Source: Chiloscyllium plagiosum
Lineage: Eukaryota
DNA: 62,758 nucleotides
Direction: 5' to 3'
Assembly: GCF_004010195.1 (NCBI RefSeq)
Contig: NC_057720.1
Coordinates: forward strand, 7,863,117-7,925,874
A program made the position numbers and the translations under genes. Numbering within the stretch: position 1 is the stretch's first letter; every line of letters starts with the position of its first letter. This document shows positions 49,904 to 61,844 of this stretch, piece after piece. The notes beneath the pieces were generated by a model. It did not search any database and was not told the origin of the DNA. It worked only from the letters and a program-made list of their open reading frames with translations.

Positions 49904-50056
49904 TTGAGAGTGTGGTGCTGGAAAAGCACAGCAGGTCAGGCAGCATCTGAGGAGAAGGTGAATCAACGTTTCAGGCATAAGCCCTTCAAACGTCGATTCT
50001 CCTGCTCCTCAGATGCTGCCTGACCCGCTGTGCTGATCTGCAGTCTTCACTTTCTA
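49904..50056. mobile_element. PLE family A inverted dimer
   Basis: TSD CTCACTRTTTTGTAG at 49889-49903 and 50057-50071. Confidence 0.85.
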
Positions 50057-52189
50057 CTCACTATTTTGTAGACCTCAATCAGAGCTCTGGCCTGTCCAAT
50101 CTATCCTGATGGGGGTAACCTGCCAATTCTCCAGGGGTAGTCCTTGGGATTTCTCACTCTGGTGCCAGTCACTGCACAGTTTGCCCCTGCCAGTTGAGTA
50201 TAATTGGGTATAATGCCCGTGCATACAACATCCAAAAGAGATGAGCATTTCTTCTTCATTCCAATGGAGTGAAAACACAAGGCAGGTTTGCTGCTGAGCA
50301 TGTACAGACAGATTATATTGCTACTTACTGATCTCATGCACTCAACAATGGATCACATTATTTCTCCCTTGTATATATTGTAATAGTCGAGCGTGACACA
50401 AAATGGAACATTACTTTTACAGTTATCCTTCTTATGGGATTTACAAATTGAGGCAACTGCTCACAATAGTGTTATCATATTCTACCTGCTAGAAATTATA
50501 CTTGCACTAAGCATGATAATCTGTTCATGTGTTCAAACCACTCTCATATACTGCATCACTTCTGCCATGAAAGCTTGCACTAATCCAAGTGCTTCAGAGC
50601 TCACTGTTAATGACAATATTTTCATACTCACTTCCAGTAATAAATTTAACTTTTCACCGCTATGGTCTTCTTGCGCTTCACTTTAGTTTTTTGCCAGGAG
50701 AAGCCAACTGAGAATCTCACTGTGAGGCGAAGCAGCAATGAGAAACAGGTCACAGGTTTAAACTGGCAAAAGGCTTGCTGTCTTCATGCAACTAATCATC
50801 AACAGATGGAAAGCACTTTCCGCCAGAAACATAAGAACAGGATGAGAGTGTTCATCCTTTCAGGTTTGTTCCGTCATTCAATCAGATCATGGCTAATTTG
50901 TATCGTAGCTCCATTTACTTGCTTTATTTCCAAATTCCTCCATTCCCTTACCCAACAAGTATCTATCGATCTCGGTCCTGAATGCAATTATCTAGGTATT
51001 TTGAGGGGAGAGGGATACAGATTTCCTATTATCCTTTACATGAAAAAGATGCCTCCCAATTTCCTTCTTAAACGGTTTAAAGTTAAGATAATGCTCCCTC
51101 CCTCCCCTTTGCTCTGTTGTAGTCTCCTAATTCTGATTGAAATAACTTTGAAAACCTTTATCCCAAAAGTAACTACATCTAATATACATATGTTATTGAC
51201 AAAACTTGGCTTTCATTTAAAGCTGAGCCCAACTGGAATAAATCCACTTGGCTGCCAGCAGTACTTTCAAGCCAGAGACTGCAATAACTTTGAAATGACA
51301 CAGTCCTTCAGCACCACATTTCATATGCAACTCAACAACTATGCAAATCTCACTTCAATCTGAAACTGGATTTTGTGAGAGAAAATTTCCAGATGGTTAC
51401 TACCATTTTCTAGTGCACATCGTTAACTTTGAAAAGCATGCATTTGATCATCGCCAAATGTTGGGTGCATAGCTATCTTAAGGTTTTTACTTCAAAAGTA
51501 CCCACCAGGGTACAAATTCCATGCTGGCTGTTAACACAGCTTCAAGTTCTTTGTCAGTTGTTATGTGCTGTGTATTTTGTGAGTAAATCAATCCTGAATT
51601 TTGTAGGCAACAAATGATAATAAACACCAATTGATTCACAGAGCCATTCATTGGAGGTGAGGCCCTTCAATCCATCAAGACTGCACCAACTACCTACACT
51701 AATCCAACCTTTCAGGACTTGTCCCATAACCTTGAATGTTCAAGTACTCATCCATGTTCTTTTTAAACAGTCTGAGGTTTCCTGACTCCCAGGTAGTGCA
51801 TTCCAGATTCCCACTACCCTGTGGGTGAAAACATTTTCCTCAAATCTCTCCTTCACTGCAAAATTATGCCCCCTTATTATTGACTCTTCAACTGCTTTCC
51901 TAACCACCTCATAAGCTCTCACTCAGGTCTCCCTCAATCTTCCTGTTAGATACAGCCTGATTCTAGCACAGAATATTAGACAACATATATAAGAAATACC
52001 AGTAGGAGTAGGCCATTTGGCCCCTCAAGCATGCTTCATATTTCACTAAAAGATTATAATTGCTCTGACTGTGGCCTTAATCCCAGTTATCAACAGACAC
52101 CCTCAACTTCCTTGTTGATCCTAAGTCATCCTTGATTATTTTCAATGACATAGCCTCCGCTGCTCTCTGGGAAAGTCAATTTCACAAAC

Positions 52190-52845
52190 TAATGTATAAG
52201 GATATTGCTCAGATTCAAGGGTTTGAGCTATAGGGAGAAGCTGGACAAGCTAGGACTTTTTTCTTTAGAGCATAGGAGACTGAGGGGAAATCTCATAGAA
52301 ATGTATAAGATCATGAGAGGTATGGATAAAGTGAATGCACTCAGTCTTTTTCTCAGGATTGGGGAATTGAGGACTAGAGGGCATCAGTTTAAGAAAGGAA
52401 AGAATAAAAGGGAACCTCAGGGGCAACATTTTTACATAGAGGGTGGTACACATATGGAATGAGTTGCCAGTGGAAGTGGTTGAGGTGGGTACATTAACAA
52501 CATTTAAAAGGCATTTGGACAAATACATGGATAGAAAGGATTAGAAGGATATGGGCCAAGTAGAGGGAAATGGGGTTAGCGTGGATGGATATTTTCATTG
52601 GCATGGACCAGTTTGGGCCGGTGGGCCTGTCTCCAAGCTGAAGGATGTTATACCTTGATTAGATTGGTGCTGGAAAGGCACAGCAGGTCAGGTAGCATCC
52701 ATGGAGCAGGAAAATTGACGTTTCAGGCAAAACTCCTTTATCAGGCATGCTGTCTGACCTGCTGTGCTTTTCCAGCACCATTCTAATCTAGACTCTGATT
52801 TCCAGCATCTGCAGTCCTCACTTTTGCCTGAAGGACTCTGTGACT
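52190..52845 (+). mobile_element. CR1 3' end with a PLE-A inverted dimer (52656-52828) in its tail
   Basis: LSYREKLDKLGLFSLEHRRLRGNLIEMYKIMRG; CTGAAGGA duplicated around the PLE. Confidence 0.85.
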
Positions 52846-53905
52846 GTATAATAGCCCACTGAGAGAAAAATAATTTGAGTCAGCCCTGTCTCAAATAGGA
52901 TTGGGCCAAATCCTGCTCCTTCCTTTTATTTCCTGTAAAAACCTGATGAAGATAATTCTCAGTTTTCATTCCCAGGAGATAATGGATGTTTTATGGACAC
53001 AATGATAAAAGACCATAAGACATAAGAGCAGAAATTAGGCGATTCAGCCCATCAAGCCTGCGTCCCCATGCATTCATGGCTGATACGTTTCTCAGTCCCA
53101 TTTTCCTGCTTTCTTCCTGTAACCCTTGATCCCCTTTATATTCAAGACCTACCTATTTCAGTCTTAAATATACTCAATGACCTGGCCTCCACAGCTTTCT
53201 GTGACAGTAATTCACCACTCTCTGGCTGAAGAAGTTTCTCCTTATCTCCGTTCTAAAAGGTCATCCCTTTAGTCTAAGGCTTCATCTTCCCAACATCCAC
53301 TCTGTTCAGGCCATTCAGTATTCTGTAAGTTTCAATTAGATCCCCCTTTCATCATTCTAAACTCCATAAACCCAGATTCCTATGGTGACAATGTAGCAAT
53401 CCAAGTAATGCAGAACCGCAAATTAACATTGCCAGGTATTGATTCCAAGCACAAAATGTGAATTCAATTAAAGATCTGGAAAAATAAGCTAGCATCATGG
53501 CAGCTATGTTAATTGTTGTAAAAACCCAGAGAAGAAAATCTGCCATCTTTATCTAGTCTGATTTACGTGTGACTCCAGGTCCACATAGCTGTTAAATTCT
53601 CTTTGAAAAGAACTAGCAAGTTATTTAGGTTTTTTAATTCATTCATGGGATGAGGGCATCGCTGGCTAGGCCAGCATTTATTGTCCATCCCTAATTGCCC
53701 AGAGGGCAGTTAAGAGACAATCACATTACTGTGGGTCTGGAGTCACATGTTGACCAAACCAGGTAAGGATGGCAGTATCCTTCCTGAAAGGACATTAGTG
53801 GACCAGATGGGTTTGTCTTGACAATCAGCACGGTTTCGTTGTCATTAGAACTCTTAATTGCTGAGTTCAAATTTCATGATCAACCCTGGCAGGATTCCAA
53901 CCCAG

Positions 53906-54088
53906 ACAAAAGTGAGGACTGCAGATGCTGGACTTCAGAGTCTAGATTAGAGTGGTGCTGGAGGTGCACAGCAGGTTAGGCAGCATCCGTGGAGCAGGAA
54001 AATCGACGTTTCGGGCAAAAGTCCTTCATCAGGAATCTTGATGAAGGGCTTTTCCCCGAAACGTCGATTTTCCTACTCCTCAGACGCT
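53906..54088. mobile_element. PLE family A inverted dimer inside a second-family SINE
   Basis: 17-bp TSD GCAGGATTCCAACCCAG at 53889-53905 and 54089-54105. Confidence 0.9.
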
Positions 54089-54459
54089 GCAGGATTCCAA
54101 CCCAGGTCTCCAGTCTCTGGATTAGCAGTCCAGCAATAATATCATTCATCCATTGCCTCCCCGTTAACGAGGATAAGAGCAATTGTTGAATTTCAAGGGC
54201 AATTAAGGATGGGCAACAAATTCTGGCCTTGCCAGTGATAAGCACATGCTGCAAGTGAAGCAAACAAAAAATAAACTTAAAGGAGCACCCTATAATTTAA
54301 GTCCACATCTCAAATATTAAGTGCAACTTTGTTCTCCTTATTTAAGAAAGGATGGAAATGCATTGAAAGTAGTTCAAGGAAGGTTTACTAGATTGATACT
54401 TGGAATGAATGGCTTCTCTTTTGAAGAAACTGAAAAAAACTGAACTTGTTTTCACTGCA

Positions 54460-54581
54460 AAAGGCATTAATCAACTCCACTTCAGTCCTGATGAAGGGCT
54501 TCTGCCTGAAACGTTGATTTCCCTGCTCCTCTGATGCTGCCTGACTGGCTGTGCTTTTCCAGCACCACTCTAATCTAGACC
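54460..54581 (+). mobile_element. PLE family A monomer with a Rex1-like leader
   Basis: TSD CTTGTTTTCACTGCA at 54445-54459 and 54582-54596; leader GGCATTAATCAACTCCA. Confidence 0.85.
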
Positions 54582-56014
54582 CTTGTTTTCACTGCAGTTA
54601 AGCAGACTGAGGAGATATTTGATTGGAGTTTATGAATGCATAAACAGTCTTGATCAGGTGAATGTAGGACACAGCCTGCTGAGTGGGGGTTACTATCCAG
54701 CTCATTCCCTCAGTTTCTCAGAAAGCTCATTTGTAGTGTGCAGTATAAGACCTGAAAACCTGGCACAGCTGTTCTCCTTTTCCTGACATCACTGGACTGA
54801 GTGGCATTAATGTGCCCAGTGAAAACTGTCTGTATTCAATCACACCCATTTACTTGCACTAAGATGCTAATTGAAAGATACTTTGAACATTACATTCTAT
54901 ATCATGCTTTCCACCAAAAAAACAACAATTATTGCCAAAATATTATTTTCATTATTAATCTGTACTGAATAACTTTTTCATATCTTCCATAAATTGCTGA
55001 TTCTGTGCCCGTGTGTGTGAGATTGTGTCTGTATGTGTGTGAGATTTTGTGCATGTGAGATTGTGTGCATGTGTGTGGATGGGGGCTGGGGGTGGTATTG
55101 GGGTGTGGTTGGTTAGAAGGTTAAATATATACACCTGCCTATTTCAAACTGGATGGTAATCTGCTTTACCTATTGTTAAGTATGTCCTGTTTTCACAATA
55201 AACAAATAATCTCTTTTAAAGAAACCTGCCTGATATGAAACCTAATATGGATAAAGTATGTAATTAGTCACAATGGTGACGAGGCAAAGCTTTTTAAGTT
55301 ATGTTGTAAGCAATGCAATGGTGAATCTACAAGGTGACAGTGCACTGTCTGACCTTGGTTATGACAATGCTCAGAAAATTGGATAGCGAATGCTGTTGCC
55401 TTCAGGGTGTTGCATTGTACAACAGGGTCCTTTGAAGGCAGTACTTTAAATCAAAACATGATGGAGAATCTCAGCAGATCTGATTGGATCTATGGACAGT
55501 AAGACAGAATTAAGGTCCAAAATGACTCTTCTTTTGGATCTGGTATCAATATCCATAAAGTGTGTTGCTCCTAACATCTTAAAAAAAATCAACCACCTGC
55601 ATAATTCAATAGATCATCATCTCTGGGTGAACTGGATAATTTGTACCAGTACACAAAAAGGAAATATACACAGAAACGGAAAACAAAACCTCTCAGAATG
55701 CCATTTTCTGTTGAAAGGTCCTTCTTTCTTCATGGATGATGCTAGATCCGATGACTTCCAACATTTAATTAAAAAAAGTCAAACACTGGAAATCAAAAAC
55801 AAAAACAGAACTTACTGGAAAAACTTAGCAGATCTGGCAGCATTTGTGGAGAGAAAGCAGAATTAACATTTTGGTTCAAGTGACCCTTCATCAATTGTGA
55901 GCAATTTCTGTTTCTGCTTCTGATTTTCAATGATTTCTTTCTTTCAGATTTTACACCTATAATATTTTAAATTGTTGTTTAGTTGTACAGAATTGGAGTA
56001 CTGTTGCAAAAAGA

Positions 56015-56500
56015 TCTTTTGTTGAAACTTTTTGTCTTTCTCTCATCAGGACAATTTGCAAGAAATGCCGATATAAAAGGAAAAAATGCATTTGCACTAT
56101 ATAAGGGCAGAGTGCAATAGAGGCATTGCCTTGTAGAGAACACCAGTTATGATGACTGACAGTTAACTGCTAAGTTTTGTTTAAGTATAAACCATGAAGA
56201 TTGACACTAATTTCTTGAGGCACTGCCTGAGAAAATAAACAGAGAATGCCTGTTCGATATTTTAATGAGTTTATACAGGTACAGTATGTTCATATATTCT
56301 ATTGTCTACAAAGAATAGGATCCTGTATATGATACTTTCAAATATGATACTTTCATATGCTCAAGCGTGCCGCACTGTGAGCCTGACTGACAATCCTAAA
56401 TTGGTTGTCAGCATAACTGTTTACACATTCAGGATTATCCAGTAAATGCTGTCCAGTCACTGATTAATAACTAATGTTAGACACGGTGTTTTGCAGATGC
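56015..56500 (-). mobile_element. Old PLE (family F) 3' end: GIY-YIG C-terminus plus hammerhead-like motif
   Basis: Reverse strand translates TGQHLLDNPECVNSYADNQFRIVSQAHSAARLSI...IQDPILCRQ; TTGTC-CTGATGAG...AAAAGTTTC-AACAA at about 56053-56019. Confidence 0.7.
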
Positions 56501-56514
56501 AGGCTTGTTGAGTA

Positions 56515-59500
56515 CATAGAGACACAGAAAAAAGCAGCAAGACTAGGCGATTTGGCCCAACAATATGATCATGACTAATCCTTTAGTTCAACTCCATGCT
56601 CTATCTCACTCATTATACCCTTTGACATCTTAGCTTCTAGAAATCTATCTATTTATGTTTTACTTATAACCAGTGGCTTCGTCTCCCCAACCTTCTGTAA
56701 TAGAGAACTCCACAGGTTTATCACTCTCGATTTAAGTTAAAAATTGCTTATCCTGTATGCTGAGAATAATTACTTGTCCTGGGTCCCTTGCACAGGGGAA
56801 TCTTCATCTTTCATCCAGTTTGTCCTGCCCCTGCCTGAAGTTTATACATTTCAATGTGATTCCCTTGTCATTCTTTTAAACTCCAGTGAGTATAGGTCCC
56901 ACTGTCTCCCTGTTGGATAAATCCACCATTCCAGGAATCAATCTGGTGAACTCCCTCTGTGGAATGTACGTATTTTCCTGGGTCAGGAGATAAAACAACA
57001 CATCAGGTGTTGTCTTACTTACTTCCTTGTTGCTGCATCCAAGTCATCTTGCAGGAAAGGCAGGCCTACTGTTTGTATTCCTAAGGGATTGCTCCAGCTG
57101 CCTCTTGCTTTCAATGACAAATTCACATTCATGCTCAGGTCCCTTTGTACAGCCACCTTTCCCACAGTATCAACACTTAAATAGGACATAACAGCGTCAG
57201 AACTAGGAGAAAGAGTTGGCCTTCTGGCCCATCCTTCCTGAAGAAGGGCTTATGCCAGAAACGTCGATTCTCCTGTTCCCTGGATGCTGCCTGACCTGCT
57301 GCGCTTTTCCAGCAACACATTTTCAGCTCTGATCTCCAGCATCTGCAGACCTCACTTTCTCCTTCTGGCCCATCAAGCCTGCTCCACCATTCAATAAGAT
57401 CATGGCTGATCTTTTCATGGACTCAGCTCCACTTACCCGCCCACGCACCATGACTCTAAATTCCTTTACTGCTCAAATATCTCTCTATCTTTGCCTTAAA
57501 AACATTCAGCAAGATAGTCTTAACTGCCTCACTGGGGAGGGAATTCCACAGATTCTCAACCCTTTGGGTGAAGAAGTTCCTCCTTAACTCAGCCCTAAAT
57601 CAGACCCCCCTTATTTTGAGGCTTTGTCCCCTAGTTATAGTTTTACCCACCAGTGGAAGAAACTTTCCTGCTTCTATCTTATCTATTCCTTTCATAATTT
57701 TACTTGTTTCTATAAGATTACCCCTCATCCTTCTAAACTCCAATGAGTATAGTCACAATCTACGCAATCTCTCCTCATAAGACAACCCTGTCAACTCTGG
57801 AATCAATCTAGTAAACCTCCTCTACACTACCTCCAGTGCCAGTACAACCTTATTCAAGTGAAGAAACAAAACATTGCTATCCTGTTTTTTCTATTCAAGT
57901 AGAGAACTTCATATTTATCCACCTGATACTGCATCTGCCACATATTTGCCCACATACTCAATCACTTGGAACCTCTTAGTATTCCCTTCACCACTCTCAC
58001 TCCCATCTAGTTTTGTATCATCAGTAAACTTGGAAATATTACACTCAATTCCCTTGTTCAAGTTGTTGATATATATTGTAAATACCAAGCACTGATCCTT
58101 TAACTCTGAAAATGGCCCACGTATTACAACTCTCTGTTTCCTACCGGCTAACCTATTCCCAAACATGCCAATAAATGACCATCAGTCGTATCTGCTTTGA
58201 TTTTGCACACTGAACTCATATGCAGCATTTTATCAAAATCTTTCTTAAAATCCATCCACACCACATCCATAAGTTCCCCCATATCTATTCTACTAACTGG
58301 GTTATGCCCTCAAAAAACTTCAGTACGTTTGTCAAACATAAATTCACATTAACTCCAGTTAATCCAGTTGGTAATGCTTAAGTTTTCTGTGAGTTATCAT
58401 TTTATAATAGATTCCAACACTCTTCTGACTACTTACACTCGGCTATCTATTCATTAATACCTTATTTTCATCCTCCTTCCCTTTCAAACAAGGTGTTAGA
58501 TTTATCACGCTTCAATCTGGTGGTAGTATTCCAGAATCTACAGAATTTTGAAAGCTGACAACCACATATCCATTATTTCCACAGTCCCTTCTTTCATACC
58601 CTGGGATGCAGATTACTAGGTCATTTGTACTTAGCAGCTTTCTCCAGCATTAGTTTTTTTACTAATACTAATCTCTTTCAATTCCTCTTAGCAATTCTGA
58701 GTATTTTTGTGCCTCCTTCTATGAAGGCAGAACAAAATTAATCGTTTAATTGCTCTACCGTTTCCTTGTTCTTCATTATTTATTCTTCTGTTTCAATGTG
58801 CACGAGGCCTTGATTTGTCCTCACTATCCTTCCCCTTTGACATACTTGTAGAAGTGCTTATAGTCTGCTTTTATGCCTATTGTATGTTCACTTCAAACTC
58901 TACTTTCCCTCATTAATCAACCATTGGTTTTCCTTTGCTGAATTCTAAACTGTTCACAGTCCTCAAGCTTGCTACATTTTCTTGCAATTTTGTATTACTC
59001 CTCTTGGATCCAAAACTATTCTGAATTTCTTCCAGAGTTGGGCTTTGTGGGTCTTTCTCCCAAAATACATATATAGCTGTTGTAATGCATGTACTCGTTC
59101 TTTAATATTAACCACTGCCCATCCACTGTCATGCATATAAGTATTATCACTAGATTATTAATCCAGAAACTCAACTAATGTTTGTACTAGGTGGAATTTG
59201 CTGATAGAAATTGAATTCAATAAAAAAAGTCTGGAATTAAGAATCTGTTGATGACCATTGTTGATTGTTAGAAAACCCCATCTGTTATACTCATATCCTT
59301 TAGGGAAGGAAATCTGTCAGCCTTACCTGGTCTGGCCTACATATGACTCCAGACCCACAGCAATTTGGCTGACTCTTGAGTGCCCTCTGAAATGGCTCAG
59401 TTCAAAGGTAGCTCAGGATAGACAATACATTCTACAAGGATAGGCTTTAAATGAAACCCACAAGTGAATGAAGAAAAGTTATCCAGTCTAATGTAGCCAA

Positions 59501-60040
59501 CTCACCTACCATACCTTTCAGGTTTTCTTGGAGAAAGTGAGGACTGCAGATGCTGAAGAGCAGAGTCAAGAGTGTGGTGCTTGAAATGCACAGCAGGTCA
59601 GGCAGCATCCGATGAGCAGGAGAATCGAAGTTTCGGGAATTAGCCCTTCATCAAGTACCTGAACAGCTTATGCCTGAAACGTTGATTCTCCTGCTCCTCG
59701 GATGCTGCCTGACCTGCTGTGCTTTTCCAGCACCGCACCCTCAACTTTAAAGTTTTATTGTTTAGATTTAGGGCCCTGGTTTTGGATTGGATCACTTCTC
59801 TTTCTGTCCCAATGATGAAATAATCATATTATGGTCACTTTTTCTGATAAGACCTCACACCACAGGATTATTCATTAAACCCTGACTGCTGCACAAAATT
59901 AAAATACAGATAGCTAGTCCCAAGTTAGTTCCTAAATGGTACTGGCCTAAAAATCCATCCTATATTCGCTCCAACAATCATCCACCACCACATCTTTGCT
60001 AATGTGATATGCGTAGCATATATGTAGATTAAATATCCCT
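56515..60040 (-). mobile_element. Old degenerate CR1 ORF2 with nested CR1 3' end (about 57185-57860), SINE (59140-59420) and PLEs (57234-57362, 59530-59746)
   Basis: RKQRVVIRG...YINNLNKGIECNISKFTDDTKL; PLE at 57234 has TSD CCTTCTGGCCCATC at 57220-57233 and 57361-57374. Confidence 0.8.
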
Positions 60041-60429
60041 GATTAGGACATAGAAGAGTACAGTGCAGGAATGGCTCTTTGGCCCACCATTACTGAACTA
60101 TCCTTGTTGCGCATCTCTAATTTTCTATTTAAAGCCTATAAAAGGCTATTTCATTGTCAGTGCTTATTACTGACAGTGAAATGGAATTACATTTTGAAAC
60201 ACTTTGTTTCTTCACTGTATCTTACACCTGCACACACAAGACATGGATGCTGGGGGAAAATAAGCAGTACCACTGTTTGATGGTAGTGTGGGGGTTCATA
60301 TATATATTTTTAAAAAGGAGAAGAAGAAAAGAAACCATTTGCCCCTCTTTGGCCTACACACAACATGACCAGGTGTCACTGGATAAGAGAAAGATTAATT
60401 ATGGAAAGGCAGCACAGGCTTGCGAAGGC

Positions 60430-61030
60430 AGTCATAGAGTCATAGAGATGTACAGCATGGAAACAGACCCCTTCGGTCCAACCCGTCCATGCTGACCAAA
60501 TATCCCAACCCAATCTAGTCCCACCTGCCAGCACCTGGCCCATATCCCTCCAAACCCTTCCTATTCATATACCCATCCAAGTGCCTCTTAAATGTTGCAA
60601 TTGTACCAGCCTCCACCACTTCCTCTGGCAGCTCATTCCATACACGTACCACCCTCTGCAGGAAAAAGTTGCCCCTTAGGTCTCCTTCATATCCTTCCCC
60701 ACTCATCCTAAATATATGCTCTCTAGTTCTGGACTCCCCCACCTCAAGGAAAAGACTTTGTCTATTTATCCTATCCATGCCCCTCATGATTTTATAAACC
60801 TCTGTAAGGTCACCCCTCAGCCTCCGACACTCCAGCAAAACAGCCCTAGCCTATTCAACCTCTCCCTGTAGCTCAAATCCTCCAACCCTTGCAACATCCT
60901 TGTAAATTTTTTCTGAACCCTTTCAAGTTTCACAACATCTTTCTGAGAGGAGGTCCTGTCAACTGCAACATGACCTCACAACTCCTGTACTCCTCTGACC
61001 AAAGGAAAGCAGATTAAATCCACCAGTGTA
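60430..61030 (-). mobile_element. CR1 (HER1-like) 3' end
   Basis: RRLRGDLTEVYKIMRGMDR...RVVRVWNELPEEVVEA; (CTATGACT)n tail. Confidence 0.92.
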
Positions 61031-61444
61031 AAGATGAACAAGGTCACTGTATGTGCTGGAAATCTGTTATAAGAGCAGCAATTGGTTCTTTTACCACTCA
61101 CTAATTTTAAGTTAAAGTTTTCAAAATTATGGGGAGAATGAATAGTTGGAGTCCTTTTCAAAGAGAACAAAGAACAGTACAACACATGAACAAGCTGTTT
61201 GGCCCACCAAGACTGTGCCAACCTTTCTGAACTAAAACCCTTCTTCATCCATGGATTGTATCCCTTTATTCCTTGCTTAATCATATATCTGTCAAGATGC
61301 CTCTTAAATGTTGCTATTTTATGTGCCTCCACCACCTCTTCCAGCAGCACATTTCAGTCACTTACCACCCTCTGTGTAAAAAAAAAACAGCCTCTCATAT
61401 CTCCTTTAAACCTACCCCCTCTTAACTTAAACTTATGTTTTTTT

Positions 61445-61665
61445 TAGATTACATTACAGTGTGGAAACAGGCCCTTCGGCCCAACAAGTCCACACCGACC
61501 CGCCGAAGCAAAACCCACCCATACCCCTACATTTACCCCTTACCTAACACTACACGGGGAGAACGTGCAAACTCCACACAGTCAGTCGCCTGAGTCGGGA
61601 ATTGAACCCGGGTCTCAGGCGCTGTGAGGCAGCAGTGCTAACCACTGTGCCACCGTGCCGCCCAC
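61445..61665 (-). mobile_element. Young HE1-type SINE (internally deleted) inside a CR1 3' end (61160-61690)
   Basis: CpG-rich GGGCGGCACGGTGGCACAGTGG...GGTTCAATTCCCG head on the reverse strand. Confidence 0.92.
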
Positions 61666-61844
61666 GTTCTCTAGTATGTGACAATGCTGCTCCTTTAACA
61701 GGGTTATATCGTTCTTCGTTTTATTTGCAGAGAGTGCGTAAAAGACACAGACTCTGAAAAGTCTAAGTTGAAGGGTTTTAGGGCCAGTTTGATTATTGCG
61801 AACAGATACTGCCCAAGACTTTTAAGTTTAAAAATACTGTGCAA

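Noticed and set aside
50662..51363. 233-aa ORF, the longest ORF without an N gap
   Set aside because: No recognisable domain; it runs antisense through a decayed CR1 3' end (about 50830-51150), so it is most likely a chance frame
54700..55366. Possible solo LTR (AATAAA, ends in TGACA); a similar LTR-like end at 38677-38730 (minus)
   Set aside because: No paired LTR, PBS, PPT or TSD could be established
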